This document shows positions 1-11,326 of a stretch of DNA of 64,000 nucleotides, in pieces. Made by a program: the position numbers and the translations under genes. The notes beneath the pieces were generated by a model. That model made no database searches and had not been told where the DNA came from. It saw only the letters and a list, made by a program, of their open reading frames with translations. Numbering within the stretch: the first letter of the stretch is position 1; each line of letters begins with the position of its first letter. The DNA is from Azolla caroliniana (lineage: Eukaryota > Plantae > Polypodiophyta), in contig JBHGNT010000007.1 of assembly GCA_043228905.1 (NCBI GenBank), positions 3,472,001 to 3,536,000 of the forward strand. The letters run 5' to 3'.

Positions 1-273
1 ACATGGACAAACAAAGACCGATAGCCAAACAGGGACAAGTATAGAGAAAGAGGACACATAGGCGGTGGACTGAGACCGAAATGGGAATAGAGACATGCAA
101 AGACGTAGACCTAGATGCAGAGGTAACGATATTGGAAGCCCCGACCAACCGAGGTATGAATGAACACACAAAGACTCGTAGCCAAACGAAGACTAAGGCA
201 CAGAAAGAGGAGAAATTCGAGGACCACTGGCGAAAATGGGAACATGGAACAAATGTAGACGCCAGAAGGCCAT

Positions 274-276
<3 letters not shown>

Positions 277-312
<36 letters not shown>

Positions 313-328
313 AAGAAAGAAAGAAAGA
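277..328. repeat. (GA)n followed by (GAAA)n microsatellite
   Basis: Direct reading. The (GAAA)n part reads (TTTC)n on the minus strand, directly after the 3' end of the adjacent LINE fragment. Confidence 0.95.
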
Positions 329-1596
329 TATATTAACGTCTTCTAAGGCCAAAATTGGCCCATGAGACAAATGGTGTACAACAAAAATGGGATATTTACC
401 CATTCATCGAAAGTAAAAATAAAAATAAGATAAAATAGAGTTTAAGCTAAATAGTTCTAAGAAAACAACAAACATGTTCTATATAAAAAACATGTTCTAC
501 AATGAGAATGATTCTATACTAGGCCTAATTTCATTTCCATCCAAGTCTCTCGAAGAGAAGCGGGGGGTCAAAGGGTTGCCATGATGTGGATGTGGCCCGT
601 GGTCCCCATGTAAGAGGTACCCCAACCATAGCTTCGAGTCGGCGTAGCTCACGTTCCCTTATCTTCTTAATCTTTTCTACTCCACGTTGACTTGTGTTGA
701 AGCCCAACATCCGAGGACGTTTGGTTGCTCTTTGTATTTCTGCTTCCTCAAGGGAGAGGCCGAGCGGCATAAGTGTATCCACATTCATCGTCTCCCCATG
801 TTCCTGAAAAATTACACTAGGTACATGTTGATGAGTAGTAAAAGGGTTATGATTAACACTTTGTAATTTATCCTCCCTATGTTGTTTTAGCTCTAAGATA
901 TACCTGCCTAGTCTCTTTACACTCGGGGTATCTAATAGTTTGGAGAGGGTGGGAGAGGGTCCTAGTATGTCTTGGTATTCCGCCCGTATCTCGGCATAAG
1001 TTGGGCACTTGCATGTGAAGTGATACTCATCCTCTATCTCTATGTGGCATAACCTACATAGCCTTTCCTCTCTAGGGACTCTATTAGCTCGACCATTCTC
1101 AATCTCAAGTTGGTGAGATGATATCCTAAGTTGTCCAATGGCCACCCTTAGTGCATTTGATAAGAAAGTATCTAGGTATCTTGGTCGTGTAATAAACCCT
1201 AACTTAGAGAAGTGCAAGAAGTGTTCCTTATAGTACACCATTTTAGATGGGAGTGGCTCTCGTGGGGTGATCCATTTGTATCGAGTGTAGATTTGCCATA
1301 TTTCTTGGCGTATCACTTTATTACGATCTTCACGAGAGATTAAAGTTTGATCAGTCCCATGGTTGTACTTAAGGGGAGGTAGGTTATTAATGTCTATGCC
1401 ATTTGCAAATAACCAACTCACCACAATGCTATACCAAGAGTTGGTGTCTCCAGACACATGTAAGGATCGGGATGCCTCAAAGGCTCGACGGGATATCCTA
1501 TCTTGTGGTTGACTATGTATCCGATGAATAAAAGCTACCACTTGAAAGAGTGCTTCTACTAACATCGGGGGTAGGCTAAACTCCGCTCTAATAATG
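329..1596 (-). mobile_element. 5'-truncated non-LTR retrotransposon (RTE-X/RTE-like LINE), 3' end of the ORF plus 3' UTR
   Basis: ORF 531..1643(-) contains 'IIRAEFSLPP...AIGQLRISSHQLEIENGR...PREERLCRLCHIEIEDEYHFTCKCPTY', the CCHC-type C-terminal region found after the RT domain in RTE-X-like LINEs. No RT or endonuclease core is present. The ORF's first ~15 codons come from flanking low-complexity DNA. Confidence 0.75.
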
Positions 1597-1654
1597 ACAG
1601 AGAGCAAGAGACATGATAGAGAGAGGGCGAATGGGAGCTCCATCTCGCTTCATT

Positions 1655-1688
1655 ACATATACATACATACATACATACTTATTGACAT

Positions 1689-1735
<47 letters not shown>

Positions 1736-1950
1736 CATACATGCATACACACACACATATACATATGTACATACATACACACATATATACATACATACAT
1801 ATGCATACATACACACACATACATACTTAACATACATACATACATACGTAACATACATAGATACATACGTAACATACATACATACATACATACGTACGTA
1901 CATGCATACATACATACGCATACATATACGGATAGATATACACACAGATA
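1655..1950. repeat. Compound (TACA)n/(CA)n microsatellite block
   Basis: Direct reading. It explains the spurious H/T/Y-rich and V/C/M-rich ORFs at 1588-1965. Confidence 0.95.
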
Positions 1951-2100
1951 GAGCGCCTCACTCAACTCTGTTCATCGAAGCAACGGTCTCTCTCTCTCTC
2001 TCTCTCTCTCTTCAATTGTGTCCTGTGAGAGAGAAGTACAAACGCTCCTATGCGTTTTCCCCCAAAAAACCCTAGCATTTCTCTGCACCTACCTCCCTTA

Positions 2101-2130
2101 CCCTAACCCTAACCCTAACCCTAACCCTAG
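2101..2130 (+). promoter_or_regulatory. (CCCTAA)4 CCCTAG telomere-like/telo-box tract upstream of the DEK gene
   Basis: The sequence ccctaaccctaaccctaaccctaaccctag lies ~490 bp upstream of the DEK ATG, and a further AAACCCTA lies at ~2067. A regulatory role is inferred from known plant telo-boxes. Confidence 0.55.
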
Positions 2131-2615
2131 CCCTTCTTTCACTCCTTCTGTTCCCCCCAGGAAAGCCTCCCTAGTAATAGGAGCTGAGTTCAAACTAACT
2201 AAACCTTAGCAGAGACCCCCCTTAGAGAAATTACCACATTTCAATTCACTCTAGCAGAGACCTTCGAAAAAACCCAGAGTCTTAATTAATCCGATCAGAG
2301 AGACCTCTAGACTAAATTACTGTGTCCAATTAACCCTAGGAAAAATAACAGAGCTCATTCAATTAAGCATAGCGCGAATCTTAAAAAACCACTGTTTTTG
2401 AATTCTAGCCAAAAATCCGAGACAAAACCGGGTTCAATTGAGCCTCAGAAACCCTGGAAGAAAACCACAGCGTAAAACCTAGCCAAAACCATATAGTTTC
2501 TTTTTAGAAAAACCACCCTAAACTCTAGAGACCCTCCTTTCCATCGCTAACCCCAAATTATATATCTTAGTTTCTCTAGCGATCTGGGAGCTTTATTCAC
2601 TATCTCTCTCTGGCT

Positions 2616-5600
2616 ATGGAGAATGGAGAGAACAGTCCTGCTGTGCTAACAGAAGAAAAAGCAATAGAAACAGAGGAAGCAGACTCAGAAGCTCAAGTTG
2701 AGGTCAAAGAGGAAACACCAACTAAGGTTTCTTTGAAAAAGAGGAGGAAGAAGAATAATGATAGTATTAAAGAACCCGTCACTCCGAGTAGTGAAAGGCC
2801 ATCTCGTGAAAGAAAATCCATTGAACGCTTTTCGAATACGATTGAGAAGGAAAAAATCAAAGAACTCAAAATTGAAAAGGTATGTGTCTGTCCTTATTTT
2901 TGTGGAGTATTAATATATTCATGCCATGATTTTGAAGTCAAGAAGTGAAATTAAGGATGAAAATGTTTTTCAAATTTAATATATTTGTGCTATGGGTTTT
3001 GGAATTTATACATGAACGTACGAGTAAAAATTCCTTTAGAGTTTAACCCGTGCAATTCATGATTTTAGAGTCCAAACATGAACTGGAGGATGAATTTGGC
3101 TTAATTCGTTTGTTGGATTCATGTGTTTTTGGATCCTAACGTATTAAATTTCATGCCATCAACTTTGCAGAATTTAATGATACATTCATGCTATGATTTT
3201 AGAGTTAATACATTAAATTAAGGATGAAATGATTTTGGAGTTTCATTCGTGCATGCTGTGATTTTGGAGCAATTCACAAAGTCAAGGATATCATTTGTTT
3301 CATTCAATGATGAATTCTGTGTAGATTCTCAGATGTTTTTGGGTCTGAAAAATATGAATTTAATATGAAAAAAACTCATGGTCATTTGAGTGGTGCATAC
3401 ATGGAGGGGGTCACTAAATAAGCTTATATTTTGGTTTCAGGGTAATGGATATTGTCTTAAAGATATTCCCAATGGTGAGTGAACTCTATAAGTCTCTCTA
3501 ATTTACAACTTCTTTGTATCATGGCATAATTGGAGACATGTTTTAGTGAATGTTTTATTCCCTCAATGCGGATTCTCTTTGTATATGCATGTATAACTGC
3601 ATAAATAGCTCCGATTGATTGATATAAGTAATTTGTGGGGCAAAAGAAATCCCAGAATTAACTCGTCTTCTCTGTAAAGTGTAATGTGTGTCATCTTGTG
3701 GTATACTATATGTGTACTTGTACTATTAAGACATTGAGATTTTAGTAGCAATCCTTATTAGAAGTATCATTGCTTAGTGAAAGGGCAAAATAAGAAAATT
3801 AAATCCTAAAATGATATGATAAAAGGTGTAATATATGGCTTCGTCTATGGAACATGCATGCCAAATAATATTTACGAAATATTTTATTTATTGTATCAAG
3901 ATAATTCCAGGTAAATAAGAGGCACCATCTTTAGTGGGATTGTATGTTTTGGGTTTCTTAGGTGTGCTTTATTTTTTGTGGAATTACGTTGTGTTACATT
4001 GCACCTGAAGCTTTGATTGCATCTACTTTCAAGTTTCTTTGAGTTAACACATCACGTGACCTTGGCTTATCTATTTACTAAACTTGAGTTACAGTTGTAT
4101 TTAAACTCTCCAAGCGGAAAAGGAATGATGAATCGATGCAACTTTTGCACAAGTTGATTTATGGAAAGCGTGTAAAGGTGAATATCTTTGAGCAACTATT
4201 TTATGATGATTACTTGATAATGCTAAACATTAGATATGATGGGAGTCATATATGCTTCTTTACATGTAAACATATCATTATTATTACTATCATTGTTAGT
4301 AGATATGTTGTACAACTATAGTTTGTGCTTGTTTTGTACTAAAATGTTAAACTCAAAGAAAACTTTGAACAGGAATTCGGTTTTAGATACAGCTATAAAT
4401 CTTCGCTATAATACTGTCTCTTTAGAAGAGAAAAATGATAATCATCACGATTTTCAATTTATAAAGATTTTCTTCTTTTTGAAGGCAATATCGCACTTAG
4501 AAGCATCAAAGGAAAAATTTCTATCTTCATCTGAGTATTGGATACTTCCTATAAAACAATTGAAATTGTTTTTCTCTTATTTGATATTTCTTCTCTCTAT
4601 CTTCTCTAGTGTATTGCAGTCTACATTATTGAAACCTAGTGTCTATGAATAGAAAGAGCTAATCAATAGATATCTCAATCACTAGCACTTCTAGATGTAA
4701 ATCCTATTGTACATACTTTTCACGTCTTTTTATCAATGCAGTAATGAAGTTTTATATCTATCTGCTATTTCTATTTGTCATCTATTATTTTCCTTATAAT
4801 TTGCCTCAGAATCTCTTGTCAGTCACATTTGATCATTTGTTTTTTGTATTTTCTAACGCCAACAGTTCCTGGTCTTACAAAGACATATCCTGGAATTAAT
4901 AATCAGGGTTTGTTTCCATACTTCATACGACTGCAAAGTTCACAATGGAATTGTACAGATGTGGTTGACATGTTTCAAGCTAGGCGCAATGTCTCCTTTT
5001 TCAAAAGCTTTAAAGTTGACCTCATAAATTGAAAAAAATGAATAAGCTTGGCCAACTATTTCCACACATTTCCACCCTGGTCTTTTTTGCTGCAGCACTA
5101 AATTTTCCTATTCGTCTTCCTGATTCTAATTTCAAGGTCTACAACACTCCTCTTTCTCCTATCTAATTCAGCGAAGTTAAGAAACATTCTATGACTCTTG
5201 GATGTTCTAGGAGGATTTTGGTCATTTTAAAAATCTATGTCTACTTTCTAAATACTAAGTTTTTGTTTTGTTAATCTAGTCTATAGAAGCTTAATGTTTG
5301 GGATATGTTTGGGCATTCGAGTGGTAGATGTTCCAGCTACATTCCCCTAGGTTCGAGAATCAGTTTGTCTCTTCATTCTTGATGTCAGTTTGTCTCTCAT
5401 TGTGAAACAGTTTCACATTTGTCACTTCAAAGTGTCAGATTTGGTTTTGTCTGAAAAATGTGATATGTTCCACCTTATTGCTTAAGGCTAGTACAAGCTC
5501 TTCAGCATTAACCTTTAGGCTTTTTAATCCATGTTCAACCTCACTCCTTGCTCTAACATTTGAAATTCATGCTTCTAATATTGTTCTAAGCTAAATAAAC

Positions 5601-8600
5601 ATATATTAGAATTTAACTGTTTAAAAGACTTTTTTTTATTGTTTGACTGTGCTTGTTCAGAAGAGAACAGGCGAAATTGTTGGTATGAACTTGCTATGAC
5701 TTTGATCTGCCTCTTCATTTTGACCTACCTGTCCATGAATCCATAGTACCTATAGTTTACGATTTTAGCATTTTCTTTCGAGGCTTCCTCATCTCACAAC
5801 ACACAACCCAGGGTTTTTTGCATGTATCCAAATTCAATTTGTCTTCTTGGGAAACCGCTGTAGCCACATCTGTAGCTGCGGCAGCTTAAATCTTCTTAAG
5901 TTTCTTTGATGACTTGTTGAAAGGAGATTCATTTGTCATCTGCAAATACAAAGTGCTTTTCAAACTCATACTTGTTTGAGAAACTATAATCTCACAAGTA
6001 GAAACCTTAAACTTCACTATTTTGATGTTGTTATAGGCTTCTTACCTAATGTTTAATTTGTCGGGTAGCTGTATATAATTGTTTGGAATAACAACAGAAG
6101 CAAGAAATGAGACAGAAGACATAAATGACCTCGCAATAACCAGGGAGAGAAAAAAAAAAGGCTATATTAGCAGCATGTCTGAGGTTGAGAAGCCTAGACA
6201 GGGGTTGTAGGAAACCTTGAAAAATAAGGATTTGATTGGTCTTTCATTGTCCAATTGGCATACTAAAGAGATAGAGTATATGGTGGAAATTAGATGAAAG
6301 CTGCTTAAGAACATGACTAGACTATGGGCCTTTAATGTAGGCCCCAATTGAGAGTAGTTGGCTGGCTATAAGACTCCTTAAATGGGGTGAATAAGATAGG
6401 TATACAATCCCACCTAACTCCCAAAATTGAGGAAAAGTAATTGAGTCTGGTATCCAAACCTAGCTCCACAATCAACTGAATATATAAGCAGTTAATATGG
6501 CAGGGAATATCCTTATTAGCTTGCTATTGTAGCACTTTAGCTCATTGGGTGTCAATTCTTGTAACAACTGCCCCAGTAAAAACGCAGACATTGTGCTCAG
6601 ATATACTATATAGGATAAACCACTGTGGTGGTGAATATCCTCAGGAAATGATACCAATTTTAAATTAAAGAACAGGGGCTCCCAATCTATCTGGAAAAAC
6701 TGCCTTTTTTCTGAATTCCAATGCCCAGAAGAACATGAAGATACACCTAGTCACCCTTCATAGGTGCAAGGCAAAATGGACAAAGTCTCTAACCAATATT
6801 AAAATCAAATAACAGGTGCTCCCAATCTATCAGGAAAAACTGCCGTCTTTTCTGAATTGCCCATGCCCCAGAAATGGAAGATGCATCCAGTCATCCTTCA
6901 TAGGTGCAAGCCAAAATGGACAAAGTCTGTAATGTAGTCTGGTAACTGCTGTTCACCCAATGACATTAGCACGCAATTATTGCGGCATCAATAAAGGGGA
7001 TTTTCAGATTTTCTACCACAGATAACATGTATTTATGCATATATTATATTTGTTGTATTTATGGAAAATTAAAATTTCAAAGCCACCTGTTTGTATATAA
7101 TTTGTGTTGAGTCTTCATTACATTTCCTTGGGGAAGAAATCATCATTGTCCATCAGCTTGTCCAAATGAACAAGACTTTGCACCCTAGTGCAAACTTAGG
7201 CCAACCATAATAATAAACAGAGAATCTTGGTTGGATATTCAATGCCATAAGATCAGACAAAAGAATTGTCATGCTGCAGCTTGGAATCTGTCTCCATGTA
7301 CAAAAATATCAAATAAATAAAGAAATATCACAGGGGTACCAAGGTTTGGAGTCAATTAGTTCCTGGAACTGTGTATGTTAAGGGTGAAAACTCTATTTCT
7401 GTTCTATGTTGGGGACTTATTGAAGATTGGTGTCTGATTTAAAATTAGCATAATCTCTTGAGGATGCTGCCACTTAGAGATTCCCGTTTTAGAAGACTTT
7501 GGCAGTGTTAGGACTCCATGTACAGAAATTTGAAATAAATTAAGAAATATCATTGGGGTACTGAACTGTGGAGCCAATTATTTGCTGGAATATGGTGTAG
7601 ATTAAGGCTGAAAATTATGTTTCTGTTCTATGTTGGTAGATGTAAACTTAAAAATTAGCACAGGTTGTCGAGGATGTGCCCTATTAGACATGATTATTTT
7701 ATAAGATTTTAATAGTGTTTGTGTTATATGCTTGTAAATCTAACTGAACTCAAATACCTCTCTGAGTTTCTAAAAATGCCATAAATGAAGAAAGATAAGA
7801 AATGAGAGTCAAGAATGCTAGATGAATTGCTGGTTAGTGTCCCCAAATGGTACAAGCACATTGTGGTCTGCTTCACATGTATTAGACAACCATTGTAGGG
7901 ATGCACATGGCATCCTATAGTCATGCATATGTTTATGACCATTTTGGTGTTATGCATTTTGGAACCCTTGCATGGTCAAGTTAGTTACCTCAACAGCATA
8001 TTACTGCCTGTCACACTATGGAAGCTGGACATGCTCGGAGTACTCTTATTTGGCTGGTGTTCAAGCTACTGAATTCCATTCACAGCTTTTGTACGATGCT
8101 GTTTTATGTGGATTACATTCTATGTTTAAAAATAGCAATATGGCATCTAAAAAACGAACAAAAGAAAGGAAATTTCGAAAGACGACTGATATTGAATTAT
8201 CTATTTATTTTGTTTTGTTTCTTGTATCTATCAAGGCACTAATGCACATTTTCTCATTATTATTCTAATCGACTGATCTATGATTGTCTATATCAGAAGC
8301 ACATTTGATGTATATCCTGTATACATCCATTACACTATCATTAAAAAATTAATGTGTAATGGTGTAAACTACTTATACTCTTTTGACTTTCAGTGATTTG
8401 AAGAGGAAAAAAACTCTACGTTACTGTAGAGTCTTTGAGATAATTAAAAAACAAAATAAATAATCCCTTCTGACAACATTTGAGGAATTTGGGTAACCTC
8501 AGTCTGTATATCTCATTGCCACTACGTATATTTCAGGAGTCAAGCAAATTCATATTATTCACATGTTTCTGTCTCGGTTTTAAGAGTTACTTGCTTATTA

Positions 8601-11326
8601 TAGATCAACAAAGTTGATAATATTATCAATTGACTAGCATTATTAATATTTTCTACTTTTTGTAGCCAACTCTTGTGAAAGCGAACTTGCTTGAGTTTTC
8701 AGGTTGTGTCTGGGGTGCCAATGAGGTATGAAATCTCCGAAAGATATTTATAGTAGGACTATTTAAAGACATTTATACTAGGAATATTTTCATGTAAATA
8801 GATGCACTTTCTCTCTCTCCCTCTCTCTATATCTCTCACTGCTGGAATGGTTGGAACCCTCTAAGGGAAGAGAGAGTGATAATGAGAATTTGAACACATC
8901 CTTGTTTCTGCATATGAGTTTTTATGAGGTTTTGATGGATTTCATCTGGTTTTTCAGGAAAAAGAGAAAGCTCGAATGAAAGAAAAGCTTGAGAGGTGTG
9001 TTAAAGACAGTCTTTTGCAAGTTGGTGAAATCTTGGACTTAAATTTACCAAAAACAAGTAAGAAGGTGAGAGGTGTATTCTTGTCTGGTGAGCACTGCAG
9101 TTTATTTATGTTCTAAATATTTTGACGATCATATCATTGTCTTTTCGATTTCAGGAAGATGTAGTGTTAAAAATGCTAGACTTTCTCGATTCTCCTCATT
9201 CGACAACTGATAAGCTTCTTGAAGAGAGAGAACAGGTGTGTTCTTTTGATTTCTAAAGTTGACATTTTTATTTTAAGAGTATATGTCTCTAACTTTTATT
9301 CCCTATTTGTGAGAAGTTGAAAGACAAAAGGCGTAAGAAGACACCTATCAAAGGAACAAAAAGAAAATCATCTGGAGGAACACCTCGCAAGGTACGTATT
9401 TGCTGTACCTAATCTTTGGATTGGAGTTCATAATAATAATGTATATCATATTGAAGATCTTGCTGATGATATACAATTTTTCTTTATCAGAGACAAAAAG
9501 TTGAATCCATAGATCAACCTGATGAGGATGAAGATGAAGAGGAAGAGGAGAATGACGATGACGAGGAAGGGGTTGAGGAACCTGAAGAAGAGGAGGCAAA
9601 GTTGGAGAAGAAAAAAGCTTCAAAAAGAAAATCAGTGAACGGCCCCAAAAAGGCTGTTCAGAAGAGATCTGCAAGAAAGAGTTCAAGATCGGAAGATACT
9701 GAAAGTCAAGAAGACCTAGAAGTAGAGGAGGAGGAAGAGGAGAAAGAGGACGAGGAAGAGGAAGAGGAAGAGGAAGAGGAAGAGGAAAAGGGTGAAGTAG
9801 AGGAAGAGGAAGAGGAAGAGGATGAGGAAGAGAAAGACGAAGAGCAAGAGGAAGAGCAAGAAGCAAAGGAAAAGGAGGTTGGGTATTCAAGAAGCAAGAG
9901 GTCAGCCCAAAAGCCTGCAACAAATGATGCTGAGCTAGAAGACAAATCTGATAAAGAAGAGACAGAGGGGCCAGAGGAAGAGGAAGAAGAAGCTGAAGGG
10001 GAGGATAATGATGTGGCTGAAGAGGATTCCGAAGAAAAATCACTGAAGAGAAAACAGATATCCAAGTCTGCAAGCAAAGCAAGTGATGGAAAATCTAAAA
10101 CCCCTAGAAAAGGCAGAAGTAAGCCCCTTCAAAAGAAGTCAGTCTATGATCCTGATGAAGACTTGGAAGACGAAGTAGAAAGTAAAAGCGCAAAACCCAA
10201 ATCTTTAATGAAAGTATCTAAAAAGCAAGACTTGAAAAAAGAGGGTTCCTTCACAAATAAAGACAAGAAAAAATCAGCGAAATTGTCTAAGAAAACAAGC
10301 GGAGAGGAAACTGAAAAAGAGAATAAAAGAATAAAAGAGGGGTCATCGAAGAAGGCAAAAGGTTTGGGGTTCTTTGCATAAAATCAAATTAAACATATAG
10401 TTATCAACTTATGGATAATGAATTTACCCAAACATTCATTTCCAAGCACAAACTTTTGTCATGACCTCCTATCAACAGTCGTAGGTTTCACAATCTTTTG
10501 CTTGTGCACTGAACTCATAGGCTTTCAATTATGAGATAACCTTCTTTTGTTTTTGTTTGCTGATCTGCACTGCAATTTTTTGTGTTTGGAACTATCTTTG
10601 AGCATCGACTTGCATCCTTCTTCTGTGTCCACATAACGAAGATGTACTACTGAATTGATTATGTGCAGAGGAGACTAAACCAGCCATACCTTCAGATGAT
10701 GATCTACGTTCAGCCATATGTGACCTTCTTCGTGATGCTGATTTTGGCACGGTACTAAATTGTTTGCAAAATATATATGGAACACAGCATAACATCCTTA
10801 AATTGTAGGATACTTAAAAGATTACCTCTGAGTACCAAAAACCACCAGAATACTTCTGAAGCACTTTGTCTTACTGAGGTGTTTGGAGTTAATTTTGTGA
10901 AAGACCTTGGGGGTATGCTGGTATTTTTTGGCATTTTGATCAGTATTCTTATCATTTTATTTTTCATATATTGTATTGTTGTATTTCAGATATCCTACAA
11001 TAATTTATAACTAATCATATTGGATTTATCTTTTGCCTCTCTTTTATCATGCAGGTCACTTTTACAGACGTCGTGAAGCAACTAGGTATAATGCTAAATG
11101 GCAATTACTGTGATGTGTGTCTTGAGTTGTTTTAAGTGACGCTTCTGACTTCTTTGATGATATTATAACTTTTTTGGTGTATGTGATGATTTTTCAAACA
11201 GGAGCCAAATTCAATGTTGATCTATCTCAGAACAAAGCTCATGTCAAGATCCTTATACAAGAAGAGATTAGCAAACTTGTTGACGAAGATGATGAAGTTG
11301 AGGGCGAAGAGGAAATGGATGGTTGA
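2616..11326 (+). CDS. DEK: DEK domain-containing chromatin-associated protein, 11 coding exons: 2616-2879, 3441-3474, 4095-4177, 8666-8725, 8958-9065, 9155-9235, 9314(or 9317)-9391, 9491-10361, 10669-10751, 11055-11085, 11202-11326 (~605 aa)
   Basis: GT-AG splicing keeps the frame open. The product has plant DEK motifs: 'PVTPSSERPSRERKSIERF', 'IEKGNGYCLKDIPNVVFKLSKRK', 'LLHKLIYGKR', 'KANLLEFSGCVW', 'KEKLERCVKDSL', 'KMLDFLDSPHSTTD', a long acidic E-rich tract, and a C-terminal DEK_C domain 'PSDDDLRSAICDLLRDADFGTVTFTDVVKQLGAKFNVDLSQNKAHVKILIQEEI'. Confidence 0.93.
6671..6932. repeat. Two diverged ~140-bp direct repeats in DEK intron 3
   Basis: 'aacagg.gctcccaatctatc.ggaaaaactgcc...taggtgcaag.caaaatggacaaagtct' occurs at ~6671 and ~6811. 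Confidence 0.85.
7292..7715. repeat. Two diverged ~220-bp direct repeats in DEK intron 3
   Basis: 'ctccatgtaca.aaat...aagaaatatca...ttctgttctatgttgg...aaaattagca' occurs at ~7292 and ~7514. Confidence 0.75.

Noticed and set aside
1588-1965. Several 78-125 aa ORFs on both strands
   Set aside because: They are translations of the (TACA)n/(CA)n microsatellite.
9348-10082. 244-aa and 123-aa minus-strand ORFs
   Set aside because: They are antisense shadows of the GAA/GAG-rich DEK exon 8.
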